Assembly (NCBI GenBank): GCA_046342165.1
Contig: JBKDPX010000013.1
Coordinates: 1 to 32,110, forward strand
Origin: Phycisphaerales bacterium
Lineage (GTDB): Bacteria; Planctomycetota; Phycisphaerae; Phycisphaerales; UBA1924
DNA length: 32,110 nt
Direction of reading: 5' to 3'
Position numbers and translations under genes: made by a program. Below, in pieces: positions 8,968 to 17,025 of this stretch. Positions within the stretch are counted from its first letter, which is position 1; every line of letters starts with the position of its first letter. A model generated the notes under the pieces. The model searched no databases, was not told the DNA's origin, and saw only the letters and a list, made by a program, of their open reading frames with translations.

Positions 8968-11157
8968 ATGAATGACCGCTGCATCTTTCGCTGGTTCGTG
9001 ATCGTACTGACGCTCTCCATGCCCGCATGGGTGAGCGGCGCATCGGCCCAATCCCCGGCACACACGATTCTTGATGGGGTTCAATCGGTATCGGCGGCGG
9101 GAGTTCCCGGCCCCTTGGCTGTGTTCGGAGAACAGTCTTGCGCGGTTGTGGTCGGGCAGTTGGACAAGTCTTCCAAGCTCCCGGTCGTCGCTGCGGCGCA
9201 GTGGGGGCGTGGCCGCGTGTTGGCGTTCGGCCATGGAGGAATGATCGAGTCGGAAGCGCTCAAGAGAGCGGATAGTGCGAAGTTGGTCGTCAACGGCGTT
9301 CACTGGCTTCTTGCCGATTCCACCAAGCCGATCGCGGTGATCGCCAACCCCGCGATGGCCCAATGCCTGACTTCAGCGGGACTTCAGGTGGTACAACCCG
9401 ATGAATCGTGGTTGAATCGGCTCGAGGACTACTCCGTTGTTGTGTGCGACGCTCATCGTTTCAAGCCTGACACGAACGCCGCGCTCGGCCGTTTCATTCA
9501 AGACGGCGGCGGACTTCTGACCGCCGGACTCGGATGGGGTTGGCTGCAGTTGAATCCCGGCAAGTCGATCGCGGATCATCCCGGGAATCGATTGCTGAAT
9601 GCATGCGGCATCGCGTGGTGCGACGGAACACTGGAAGCAGGTGCCAATCGCATGTTCTCCGTCATCGAAATCTCTCCGGATTTTCATGCGGCGAACGCGC
9701 TTCGCCATCTTGAGGAATCACGAAACACCGGCGTCAAACTATCCAATCAGGCCGCGGCAACTCTTATCTCCGCTCTCCGTGTGATTCCTGTGAATCACTC
9801 GATCTATCAAACCGCCAAGCGACTCACGGAGTCGAATGAGTCACCGATCGTGGTCAGCCAGGCATCTCCGCTGCGTGCGAAAGACGGCGCGGAGCGTGTC
9901 ATCATCGCGCTTCAGGTCGATCTCGAAAAGCGAGCCGCACCTTCCGAAGTTCGCGCGCATCCGTCAGCGGCGGGATTCCCGGGTGTGGTAAGGTCGGATG
10001 CCGCTCGGACTTCGAAGAGCATCGAGATTGATCGAGCGATTCCCGGCTGGCATGGGACAGGTCTGTATGCCGCGCCGGGAGAGATGATCCGCGTACGAAT
10101 CGAGGGTGAGTCTTCCGGTATGAAGGTGCGCATCGGATGTCACACCGATGAACTGTGGCATCATGATCGTTGGAATCGTGTGCCCGATATCGCTCGAGAG
10201 TTTTCGATTCGTAACGGTTTCGCCGAATGCGCGAGCGCGTTCGGGGGACTGGTCTACATCGACAATACCAAACCGAAGGTCGGCCGTAGTTCCGTCATGA
10301 TCGAAGGTGTCGTAGAGGCGCCGCGTTTCGTGCTTGGAGTGACGACGAACGAGCAGTGGAAGGTATTGCGTGGCAATCCCGCGCCGTGGGCGGAACTCGA
10401 ATCCAATCGCGTGATCGTCAGCGTGCCTTCCGCATCCATTCGAACTTTGGATGATCCCGAGAGTTTGATGACATTCGGGAATGCGATCAGCGACGCCCAC
10501 GCGACGCTCGGCGGCGTACAAGCGCCGCCTGATCGCCCTCACCGTTTCGTAGCGGATATCCAGATCAGCGCGGGCTACATGCACAGCGGATACCCGATCA
10601 TGACGCATCTCGATGCCGCAGCGTTCATGACATCGCTCGAAACACTGAAGGCGGGATCGTGGGGCCTCCTGCATGAACTTGGGCACAACCACCAAGTCGG
10701 AGACTGGACATTCGAGGGAACCGGTGAAGTCACATGCAATCTCTTCGCGTTACACGCCATCGACACGATCTGCACGCCCGCGAGCGGAGATCGGGGACAT
10801 GATGGAGTCAACACGCCGCCGTCTCTCGAAAAGTACTTGGCGGGCGGTGCTGATTTTCAGCAGTGGAAGCGTGATCCGTTTCTCGCGCTTCACATGTATG
10901 TGCAACTCGAGCGTGAATTCGGCTGGGACACCTACAAGCGCGTCTTCGCGGAGTACCGCGATCTCAAGCGTTCGGAGCGCCCGAAGAATGACGCGGAACG
11001 CCGCGACCAGTGGATGCTGCGCTTCAGCCGTGCATGCGGCAAAAACCTTGGGCCGTTCTTCGTGAAGTGGGGCGTTCCTGTGAGTGACGATGCGCTCAAG
11101 TCAATCTCGGAATTGCCCGTGTGGTTTCCCGCGGATTGGCCGCAGGCGCACAGGTGA
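8968..11157 (+). CDS. Secreted peptidase M60-like (enhancin/TCAF-like) zinc metallopeptidase with an N-terminal GATase1-like module
   Basis: Start is the ATG at 8968, giving the signal peptide MNDRCIFRWFVIVLTLSMPAWVSGASAQS. The zinc motif is HELGHNHQ, followed by FEGTGE. The N-terminal half (RVLAFGHGGM, VVVCDAHRF, IQDGGGLLTAGLGWGW) resembles the TCAF-type N-domain. Confidence 0.8.
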   Translation: MNDRCIFRWFVIVLTLSMPAWVSGASAQSPAHTILDGVQSVSAAGVPGPLAVFGEQSCAVVVGQLDKSSKLPVVAAAQWGRGRVLAFGHGGMIESEALKRADSAKLVVNGVHWLLADSTKPIAVIANPAMAQCLTSAGLQVVQPDESWLNRLEDYSVVVCDAHRFKPDTNAALGRFIQDGGGLLTAGLGWGWLQLNPGKSIADHPGNRLLNACGIAWCDGTLEAGANRMFSVIEISPDFHAANALRHLEESRNTGVKLSNQAAATLISALRVIPVNHSIYQTAKRLTESNESPIVVSQASPLRAKDGAERVIIALQVDLEKRAAPSEVRAHPSAAGFPGVVRSDAARTSKSIEIDRAIPGWHGTGLYAAPGEMIRVRIEGESSGMKVRIGCHTDELWHHDRWNRVPDIAREFSIRNGFAECASAFGGLVYIDNTKPKVGRSSVMIEGVVEAPRFVLGVTTNEQWKVLRGNPAPWAELESNRVIVSVPSASIRTLDDPESLMTFGNAISDAHATLGGVQAPPDRPHRFVADIQISAGYMHSGYPIMTHLDAAAFMTSLETLKAGSWGLLHELGHNHQVGDWTFEGTGEVTCNLFALHAIDTICTPASGDRGHDGVNTPPSLEKYLAGGADFQQWKRDPFLALHMYVQLEREFGWDTYKRVFAEYRDLKRSERPKNDAERRDQWMLRFSRACGKNLGPFFVKWGVPVSDDALKSISELPVWFPADWPQAHR

Positions 11158-11175
11158 TTGTGATTCGGAGGGGGA

Positions 11176-12783
11176 ATGGACAATTTGGGTGAATGTGACA
11201 TCGTGCTCAAAGGCGGCATGACGAGCGGTGTCTTGTATCCGGCATTGCTTGCGAAACTCTCGACGCGATTTCGGTTTCGCGGGCTCGGCGGATCATCGGC
11301 GGGTGCGATCGCCGCGGCGCTCGGTGCCGCTGCGGAGTACGGTCGTCGGCATTCCAATCCGCATGCATTCAAGCAGTTGGGCTCCATCTCCGACGAGTTG
11401 CGGAATCCCGAAAGAGTCTCATCTCTGTTCGAGCCAGACGCACAGACCCGTCCACTGTTTGAGAAGATCAATCTCGTACTGAGCCGAGAAGAGGGATTCC
11501 GCCCGCTTCGCGCATTGAAGAGATTTCGTACGGCCGTGAACTTCGTAACGGATGATCGTGCGTTTGAGCCGTGGTTGCGCAACGGCATGGGGCTTTGCAC
11601 CGGAATGGCGCAGGGGCGTTCCGGCATCGCTTTGGTTCCATGGATTCACGCACATCTCAACGCACTCGCGGGTATTCGATCGGATGATGTTCTCTCCTTC
11701 GGAATGCTTCGAAATCATGAACGGCGTATTGATCTCAAGCTCGTGGCCACAGCACTCGAGATTGCGACAAGAGTTGATCTGCCTCTCCATGACGCACGCT
11801 GGGGGTTTGACCCGTCAAAGTGGCGCCGGATCTTTCCCAAATCTGTCATCGATTTCATGATTCAACGAGCGGCGCCGCGAACCGTGTCGTACATGCCAAC
11901 CGAATTGATTCCGTTTCCGGCAATCGACGATCTTCCCGTGATTGTCGCCGTGCGAATGAGCATGGCGTTCCCCGGTTTGTTCACGCCTGTTCCGGTTGCG
12001 ATTCCCGATCCCTCTCGGCGCGGCGAATATGTGAACATCCATCTGGCTGATGGAGGAATCACAAGCAATCTGCCGTCAACCCTCTGTGACGAACCGATTC
12101 CCGAGCATCCTGTTTTTGTCGAGAATCTGCGATACGGCTCCGCGCCCGGACGCCGTAGTCGCCGCGGGGTTGATTCCTCCGGAGTGTGGATGCCACGCAG
12201 CGCCGGAGACGGAAACCTGGATCTCGTCGAGACGATCGAAAGCAGATGTTCGCGGCAAACCGTGATCAATCTCACCGCTTCGGTGATCACGGCGGCGCGA
12301 ACTTGGACTGACAATCGGTGGCTTCGCATGCCGGGATATCGTGAGCGAATCGTTGAAGTATGGCTTGATCCCGATGAAGGCGGATTCAATCTTCGCATGA
12401 ACGAGCGATCCTCCGACAAGCTCATCAGCAAAGGTGAACGCGCGGCAGACATGTTGATCCATCGATACGCCGCAGATGCAAACGGTCGAAGTGATGGTTT
12501 CCTGAGACATGCTCGTCACCGAAGGCGCATATTGACCAGATCGATGATCCGCTTCGCGAATCGATGGTCTCGCAACTCGCTCAAAAGCGCATGGAGCGAA
12601 GCAACATCCGAAGCGACATGCCACAATGTCCTGGCGGTTGAGGATGCGATTCGACGCATCAATGCCGTCAACACCGAAGCGAAGTGCACGTCGCGTTGTC
12701 GATGCTGCGGTTCGCGCGGTGGTGTTCCAAGGCTCATGTTCAACGGGGACTTGGAAGATGTAACCGATGATCACAGCCGATGA
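11176..12783 (+). CDS. Patatin-like phospholipase with a ~200-aa uncharacterised C-terminal region
   Basis: GGAGGGGG sits immediately upstream of the ATG, 18 nt after the M60-like stop. The glycine-rich oxyanion motif is KGGMTSG, the GxSxG nucleophile is GGSSAG, and the catalytic-dyad Asp lies in LADGGITSN. There is no signal peptide. Confidence 0.8.
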   Translation: MDNLGECDIVLKGGMTSGVLYPALLAKLSTRFRFRGLGGSSAGAIAAALGAAAEYGRRHSNPHAFKQLGSISDELRNPERVSSLFEPDAQTRPLFEKINLVLSREEGFRPLRALKRFRTAVNFVTDDRAFEPWLRNGMGLCTGMAQGRSGIALVPWIHAHLNALAGIRSDDVLSFGMLRNHERRIDLKLVATALEIATRVDLPLHDARWGFDPSKWRRIFPKSVIDFMIQRAAPRTVSYMPTELIPFPAIDDLPVIVAVRMSMAFPGLFTPVPVAIPDPSRRGEYVNIHLADGGITSNLPSTLCDEPIPEHPVFVENLRYGSAPGRRSRRGVDSSGVWMPRSAGDGNLDLVETIESRCSRQTVINLTASVITAARTWTDNRWLRMPGYRERIVEVWLDPDEGGFNLRMNERSSDKLISKGERAADMLIHRYAADANGRSDGFLRHARHRRRILTRSMIRFANRWSRNSLKSAWSEATSEATCHNVLAVEDAIRRINAVNTEAKCTSRCRCCGSRGGVPRLMFNGDLEDVTDDHSR

Positions 12784-12818
12784 CCCGCATGTCGAGCGGC
12801 GACTTCCGAATCGTTCGC

Positions 12819-12847
12819 TTGACTTGTGAGAGAAGCACGCCAATATT
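12819..12847 (+). promoter_or_regulatory. Sigma-70-type promoter of the riboswitch-led met/asd operon
   Basis: TTGACT (12819-12824), 17-nt spacer, AATATT (12842-12847). The predicted transcription start near 12854 lies 2 nt before the first aptamer helix. Confidence 0.55.
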
Positions 12848-12855
12848 GAGCCGAA

Positions 12856-12956
12856 GCATCAAGAGTTCCGGAGCGCCTCGACGTTCCGGACGGCAACCGA
12901 GCTCGCCACGCGCGTGCCACGGTGCCGAGGCCAGCCCCCGGCGTGGGGAACGATGC
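12856..12956 (+). promoter_or_regulatory. SAM-I-clan riboswitch aptamer (SAM-I-like core with a continuous P2 and no obvious K-turn)
   Basis: Elements in order: P1 GCATC (12856-60) / GATGC (12952-56); J1/2 AAGAG; P2 TCCGGAGCG (12867-75) / CGTTCCGGA (12882-90) with loop CCTCGA. P3 is GGCAACC (12892-98) / GGTGCC (12921-26), the conserved SAM-I strings. J3/4 GAGG (12927-30) is complementary to the P2 loop CCTC (pseudoknot). P4 is CCCC (12935-38) / GGGG (12945-48), followed by AAC before the P1 3' strand. It lies upstream of a methionine-pathway operon. Confidence 0.75.
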
Positions 12957-13027
12957 GGATGACACTCGATTCGGGTGGTCATCAAAAATCAGCGGCGACG
13001 TTCGCCGCGCCACGCCGAGTATGTCCG

Positions 13028-13056
13028 CTTGATGCCGTGAAGGAGCTCACGGCATG
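13028..13056 (+). promoter_or_regulatory. Riboswitch expression platform: hairpin sequestering the SD and start codon, plus the anti-sequestor target
   Basis: ATGCCGTGA (13032-40) pairs perfectly with TCACGGCAT (13047-55). The 6-nt loop AGGAGC holds the SD, and the stem includes the A and T of the ATG at 13054. CTTGATGC (13028-35) is the exact reverse complement of GCATCAAG (12856-63), the aptamer P1 5' strand plus J1/2. Confidence 0.65.
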
Positions 13057-14256
13057 TCGACGTCATTCGTTTCTCTCGATCATTCCACACTCTGCGCGCA
13101 GGCGGGATCCGGCACGAACAGCGGTGATCCGCTTCGCCCGCCGATCATCCAGTCCACGACCTTCCGTCGCACCGATCTCGATGTGTCCTCGCCGCATGCG
13201 TATTCGCGAGTGTCGAATCCCACCGTTGCCGCCCTTGAAGCCGAACTCGGTGCGCTCGAACAGGCGCCTCCCTCGGTGTGTTTCAGCACGGGTCTCGCGG
13301 CGGAAACCGCACTTTTTCTTTCCATCCTCGCGGCAGGTGATCACATCATCTGCGGTCGCTCGGTCTACGGCGGAACAACGAGATTGATCACGCGCATCCT
13401 CTCGCGGCTTGGAGTTGAGAGCACATTCGTCGATGCAACGGATTTGCCGCAAGTTGCGAGTGCGGTGAAAAGAAATACAAAACTTATATTTATCGAATCC
13501 CCGGCGAACCCCACGCTGGAACTCACCGACATCAGCGGCGTCGCATCGATCGCGCGCGCCGCAGGCGTGTTGCTCGCCGTTGATAACACCTTCCTGACGC
13601 CGATCTTCCAACAACCGCTGGACCTCGGCGCCGACATATCCGTCTATTCCACTACAAAGCTCATAGACGGACATTCCGCCGCGCTCGGCGGTGCGTTGAC
13701 TTCAAGAGACGAGAAACTGCTCGATGAAATCCGTTTCATCCGTAAATCGACGGGCGCGATTCAGACTCCTCAGAACGCATCGCTGACCCTGCAAGGGGTG
13801 AAAACACTCGCTCTTCGGGCGAAGCGACAGGCTGAAAATGCCGATCTCATCGCTCGGTGGCTCCGCGATCGCCGGGAGATACGGACCGTGTCGTACCCGT
13901 CTCTGGCGAGTGATCCGAATCAGCGTCGGATCGCCGCGGCTCAGCACACCGGCGGACACGGCTCCGTGATCGGGCTGGAATTGCAAGGCGGACTCGCTTC
14001 GGCGAGGGAGTTCATGCGCGGACTGAAGCTTTGCAAACTGGTCGAACACGTCGGTTCCGTTGAAACGTTGATCACGCACTCCGCAAGCATGACGCATGCG
14101 GATGTGCCGCGAGAGGATCGGCTTAAGGCTGGAATCACGGATGGATTCCTGCGCATTTCGGTCGGAATCGAATCGTGCGAAGCGATCATCGATGATCTTC
14201 GTGCAGGGTTGAGAGAAGTGACGTTGTGTTGTGGTGAGGAGGTCGGGTGTGTCTGA
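13054..14256 (+). CDS. Cys/Met-metabolism PLP-dependent enzyme (cystathionine gamma-synthase / O-acylhomoserine sulfhydrylase family)
   Basis: YSRVSNPTVAALEAELGALE, DNTFLTPIFQQPLDLGADISVYSTTKLIDGHSAALGG (PLP lysine in STTK) and HSASMTH are hallmarks of the trans-sulfuration family. The exact reaction cannot be assigned from sequence alone. Confidence 0.88.
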   Translation: MSTSFVSLDHSTLCAQAGSGTNSGDPLRPPIIQSTTFRRTDLDVSSPHAYSRVSNPTVAALEAELGALEQAPPSVCFSTGLAAETALFLSILAAGDHIICGRSVYGGTTRLITRILSRLGVESTFVDATDLPQVASAVKRNTKLIFIESPANPTLELTDISGVASIARAAGVLLAVDNTFLTPIFQQPLDLGADISVYSTTKLIDGHSAALGGALTSRDEKLLDEIRFIRKSTGAIQTPQNASLTLQGVKTLALRAKRQAENADLIARWLRDRREIRTVSYPSLASDPNQRRIAAAQHTGGHGSVIGLELQGGLASAREFMRGLKLCKLVEHVGSVETLITHSASMTHADVPREDRLKAGITDGFLRISVGIESCEAIIDDLRAGLREVTLCCGEEVGCV

Positions 14257-15919
14257 CATCAAAACGATCGTCCTGAAGTTCGGCGGCTCAGTCCTTGCGG
14301 ACGAGCAGAGCCTGACACAGGCCGTGCATGAGATCTATCGCTGGAAGCGTGACGGCTGGCGTGTTGTTGCGGTCGTCTCGGCGTTCGCCGGCAAAACGAA
14401 TGCGCTCATCGCGGCGGCCGCGAAATCATTTGATCGCGCGTTGCCTGCGTCTGTCGCGCCCGTCGTCGCCGGCGGCGAACTCGAGAGCGCCGCGTTGCTT
14501 GGCGTTCTGCTCGATCGAGCGGGCATTCCCGCTTCGGTGATCTCACCGATGGCGTTGGGCCTTCTCGCGCGAGGCGATGCGCTCAACGCCGTGCCGTGTG
14601 AACTCAACACGAAACTTCTCGAACGCGCACTCGAAGCGGATGGCGTCGTGGTCGTTCCCGGCTTCATCGGCGTTGATGATTTCGGCAGAACCGTGTTGCT
14701 CGGTCGAGGCGGTTCGGACCTCAGCGCGTTGTTCATCGCTTCGAAGATTCGCGGCGCGCGATGTCGGCTCGTGAAAGATGTTCACTCGTTCTACGACCGT
14801 AATCCGAATCTGCCCGGGCCGCCCGTGAAGCGATACGTGCGTTCATCTTGGAACGATGCGCTCTCGACCGACGGGAAGGTCATCATGCATCAGGCCGTCA
14901 AACTGGCGCAGGATGCGGGACTTCATTTCGAACTCGGTTGCGTGAACTCGGCCGATCCGTCCGTCATCGGCGGTGATCGTTCTGAATTGGTGATCGCGAA
15001 GATGGAGCATCGCCCGCTTCGGGTCGCATTGCTCGGACTCGGAAGCGTCGGTCGCGGCGTCTTCGATCATTTGCGTGCGCAACCCAAGCGATTTGAAGTT
15101 GTATCAGTCGTCGCGCGTGATGTTGAAAGACATGTCGCCGCCGGTGTGCCGCGAGAGTTGTTCGTTGATCCGAAGAATTCTTCGTATGATGTTCTGGTTG
15201 AAGCGGTCGGAGGCATCGAGCCCGCGCTGACATTCGTTCGCGGCGCGCTCGAGGCCGGACGTCATGTGGTGACGGCGAACAAAGCACTCATCGCCGCGCA
15301 TGGTGATGAGTTGCGCGCGTTGTGCAAGCGAACCGGCGCGACGCTTCGCTATTCGGCGAGTGTCGGCGGCGGATTGCCCGTGATCGAAACGGTCAGACGC
15401 ATTGCGTCCCGGGGCGTCGTTTCGATTGAAGCCGTGATGAACGGAACATCGAATTTCGTGTTGGATCTCGTGCGCTCTGGGAAGAGTCTCGCTGATGCGG
15501 TCGCGGAAGCCCAGCGACTCGGTTTCGCCGAAGCCGATCCGTCACGCGATCTTGACGGTCGTGATGCGGGCGACAAAGTGACTGTGATAGCGCAGGAACT
15601 GGGCGTCAAGATCGGCGAGATCCGGCGTGTCGGAATCACTGCCGAGTCCGCTGCTGCCGCATTGGCCGGCGGAACCAGGGTTCCTCGCCAGGTCGCTCGT
15701 CTGAATGTCAAGACGGGTGAAGCGAGCGTTGCGGTCGAAGGTGTGGATCCTTCGCATCCGTTGGCACTGTTGCGCGAAGAGCAGAACGGTGTGATCTTCA
15801 CGCTTGCGGACGGTTCGAAGGTTCACCTGATCGGTCGCGGCGCGGGCCGTTGGCCCACGGCGGAGTCGGTGATGGCGGATGTATTGGAAATCGCCAGAGA
15901 GTCGGAGGTGCGTTCATGA
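14249..15919 (+). CDS. Compact bifunctional aspartokinase / homoserine dehydrogenase (no ACT domains evident)
   Basis: The GTG at 14249 is preceded by GAGGAGG (14236-42) and overlaps the upstream stop (GTGTCTGA). The N-terminal ~245 aa carry kinase motifs VLKFGGS and LGRGGSDLSA. From about nt 15011 the sequence is homoserine dehydrogenase: RVALLGLGSVGRGV, ANKALIA, MNGTSNFVL, GFAEADPSRDLDGRDAGDK. Confidence 0.85.
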   Translation: MSDIKTIVLKFGGSVLADEQSLTQAVHEIYRWKRDGWRVVAVVSAFAGKTNALIAAAAKSFDRALPASVAPVVAGGELESAALLGVLLDRAGIPASVISPMALGLLARGDALNAVPCELNTKLLERALEADGVVVVPGFIGVDDFGRTVLLGRGGSDLSALFIASKIRGARCRLVKDVHSFYDRNPNLPGPPVKRYVRSSWNDALSTDGKVIMHQAVKLAQDAGLHFELGCVNSADPSVIGGDRSELVIAKMEHRPLRVALLGLGSVGRGVFDHLRAQPKRFEVVSVVARDVERHVAAGVPRELFVDPKNSSYDVLVEAVGGIEPALTFVRGALEAGRHVVTANKALIAAHGDELRALCKRTGATLRYSASVGGGLPVIETVRRIASRGVVSIEAVMNGTSNFVLDLVRSGKSLADAVAEAQRLGFAEADPSRDLDGRDAGDKVTVIAQELGVKIGEIRRVGITAESAAAALAGGTRVPRQVARLNVKTGEASVAVEGVDPSHPLALLREEQNGVIFTLADGSKVHLIGRGAGRWPTAESVMADVLEIARESEVRS

Positions 15920-16959
15920 GTCTCGAAGTGTTCACGACAATCGCCATCGTCGGTGCCACGGGCGCCGTGGGGCGTGAAGCGTTGGCGATTCTCGCCGCGC
16001 GCGGCGTACCGAAGGAGCGCATCGTTCCGCTCGCCTCGGAGCGATCAGTCGGTATGTGTTTGCCGTATGGAGATGATGCGGTGATCGTCCGCGCGTTGAC
16101 GCATGAAGCGGTTGAAAGCTGTGATGCCGCGATCTTCGCAGCCAGCGCGGATATCGCAAAGGAATACGGGCCTCGTGCCGCTGCCAAGGGGGTTGTCGTC
16201 GTTGATAACTCCTCAGCGTTCCGCGCGCATCCTGATGTGCCGCTCGTTGTGCCGGAGATCAACGCGCAGGGAATCGAAGGTTCGAATCTGATCGCGAATC
16301 CGAATTGCTCGACGATCATCATGCTGCTTGCGCTGGAACCTTTGAAGCGCGCGTTCGGAGTGCGCGAGATCACGGTGTCGACGTATCAAGCGGTGTCGGG
16401 CGCGGGCATCGAAGCCGTCGGCGAGATGTACAACCAGTCGCGCGAGAAGCTTGATGCGAAGAAACTTATATCTCGCGTCTTTGCGGAGCCGATCGCGTTC
16501 AACGTGTTCCCGCATGAGTCGACGATGGATCCCGACACAGGACTCAACGGCGAGGAGTCCAAGATGATCAGCGAGTCGCGCCGCATCTGGGCCGATCCGT
16601 CGCTGCGGATCTTTCCGACCTGCGTGCGCGTGCCCGTGGAGCGCGCGCACAGTCAGGCGATCATCGTCACGCTCGGCGAGAAAGTAACAAAGTCGCAACT
16701 TGTAAACGCCTACGAAGGCGCGGCGGGTGTATCGCTCGCGGATCTCAAGTCCGGTCCGCCCACGCCCCTCAAGGCCTCAGGGCGCGACAATGTTCTCGTC
16801 GGACGCTTGCGCATGGACCCTTCCGGCGATCCCTATCGCATCGGTCTGTGGGCCTGCGGCGATCAGCTTCGCAAGGGCGCGGCATTGAACGCGATTCAGA
16901 TTCTGGATCGCAAGGGGCTCTCGGGTCACTCGACCAGGTGTCTTCGAAACGCCTCCTGA
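15916..16959 (+). CDS. asd: Aspartate-semialdehyde dehydrogenase
   Basis: The ATG at 15916 overlaps the upstream stop (ATGA). Motifs are IAIVGATGAVGRE (NADP fold), the active-site NPNCSTI, and QAVSGAG. Confidence 0.93.
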   Translation: MSLEVFTTIAIVGATGAVGREALAILAARGVPKERIVPLASERSVGMCLPYGDDAVIVRALTHEAVESCDAAIFAASADIAKEYGPRAAAKGVVVVDNSSAFRAHPDVPLVVPEINAQGIEGSNLIANPNCSTIIMLLALEPLKRAFGVREITVSTYQAVSGAGIEAVGEMYNQSREKLDAKKLISRVFAEPIAFNVFPHESTMDPDTGLNGEESKMISESRRIWADPSLRIFPTCVRVPVERAHSQAIIVTLGEKVTKSQLVNAYEGAAGVSLADLKSGPPTPLKASGRDNVLVGRLRMDPSGDPYRIGLWACGDQLRKGAALNAIQILDRKGLSGHSTRCLRNAS

Positions 16960-16988
16960 AAAATTCGCTCTGTTAGTGTAAAAAACTG

Positions 16989-17023
16989 TTGACGATCGTA
17001 TTTCGTTCGGTAATATCCGAACG
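16989..17023 (+). promoter_or_regulatory. Promoter with overlapping palindromic operator upstream of imuA (candidate SOS/LexA-type operator)
   Basis: TTGACG (16989-94), 16-nt spacer, TAATAT (17011-16). A perfect inverted repeat CGTTCGG (17004-10) / CCGAACG (17017-23) uses the -10 hexamer as its 6-nt spacer. The imuA ATG is at 17026. Confidence 0.55.
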
Positions 17024-17025
17024 GA

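Noticed and set aside
5888-12783. Possible genomic island integrated at tRNA-Pro (accessory-looking genes: dehydrogenase, esterase, GyrI-like, DCC, M60 peptidase, patatin)
   Set aside because: I found no integrase or recombinase, no direct repeat of the tRNA 3' end downstream, and no obvious compositional shift by eye. The adjacency to a tRNA alone is insufficient.
11176-12783. Patatin-like phospholipase as a CBASS-type or other anti-phage effector
   Set aside because: No cyclase/nucleotidyltransferase, sensor, E1/E2/JAB or other defence partner lies in the neighbourhood. The gene appears coupled to a secreted metallopeptidase instead.
12740-13013. Two minus-strand ORFs (80-81 aa) and a plus-strand ORF (12914-13387) in the patatin/met intergenic region
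   Set aside because: The interval is better explained by a promoter, a SAM riboswitch aptamer and its expression platform. The ORFs have no start signals or motifs.
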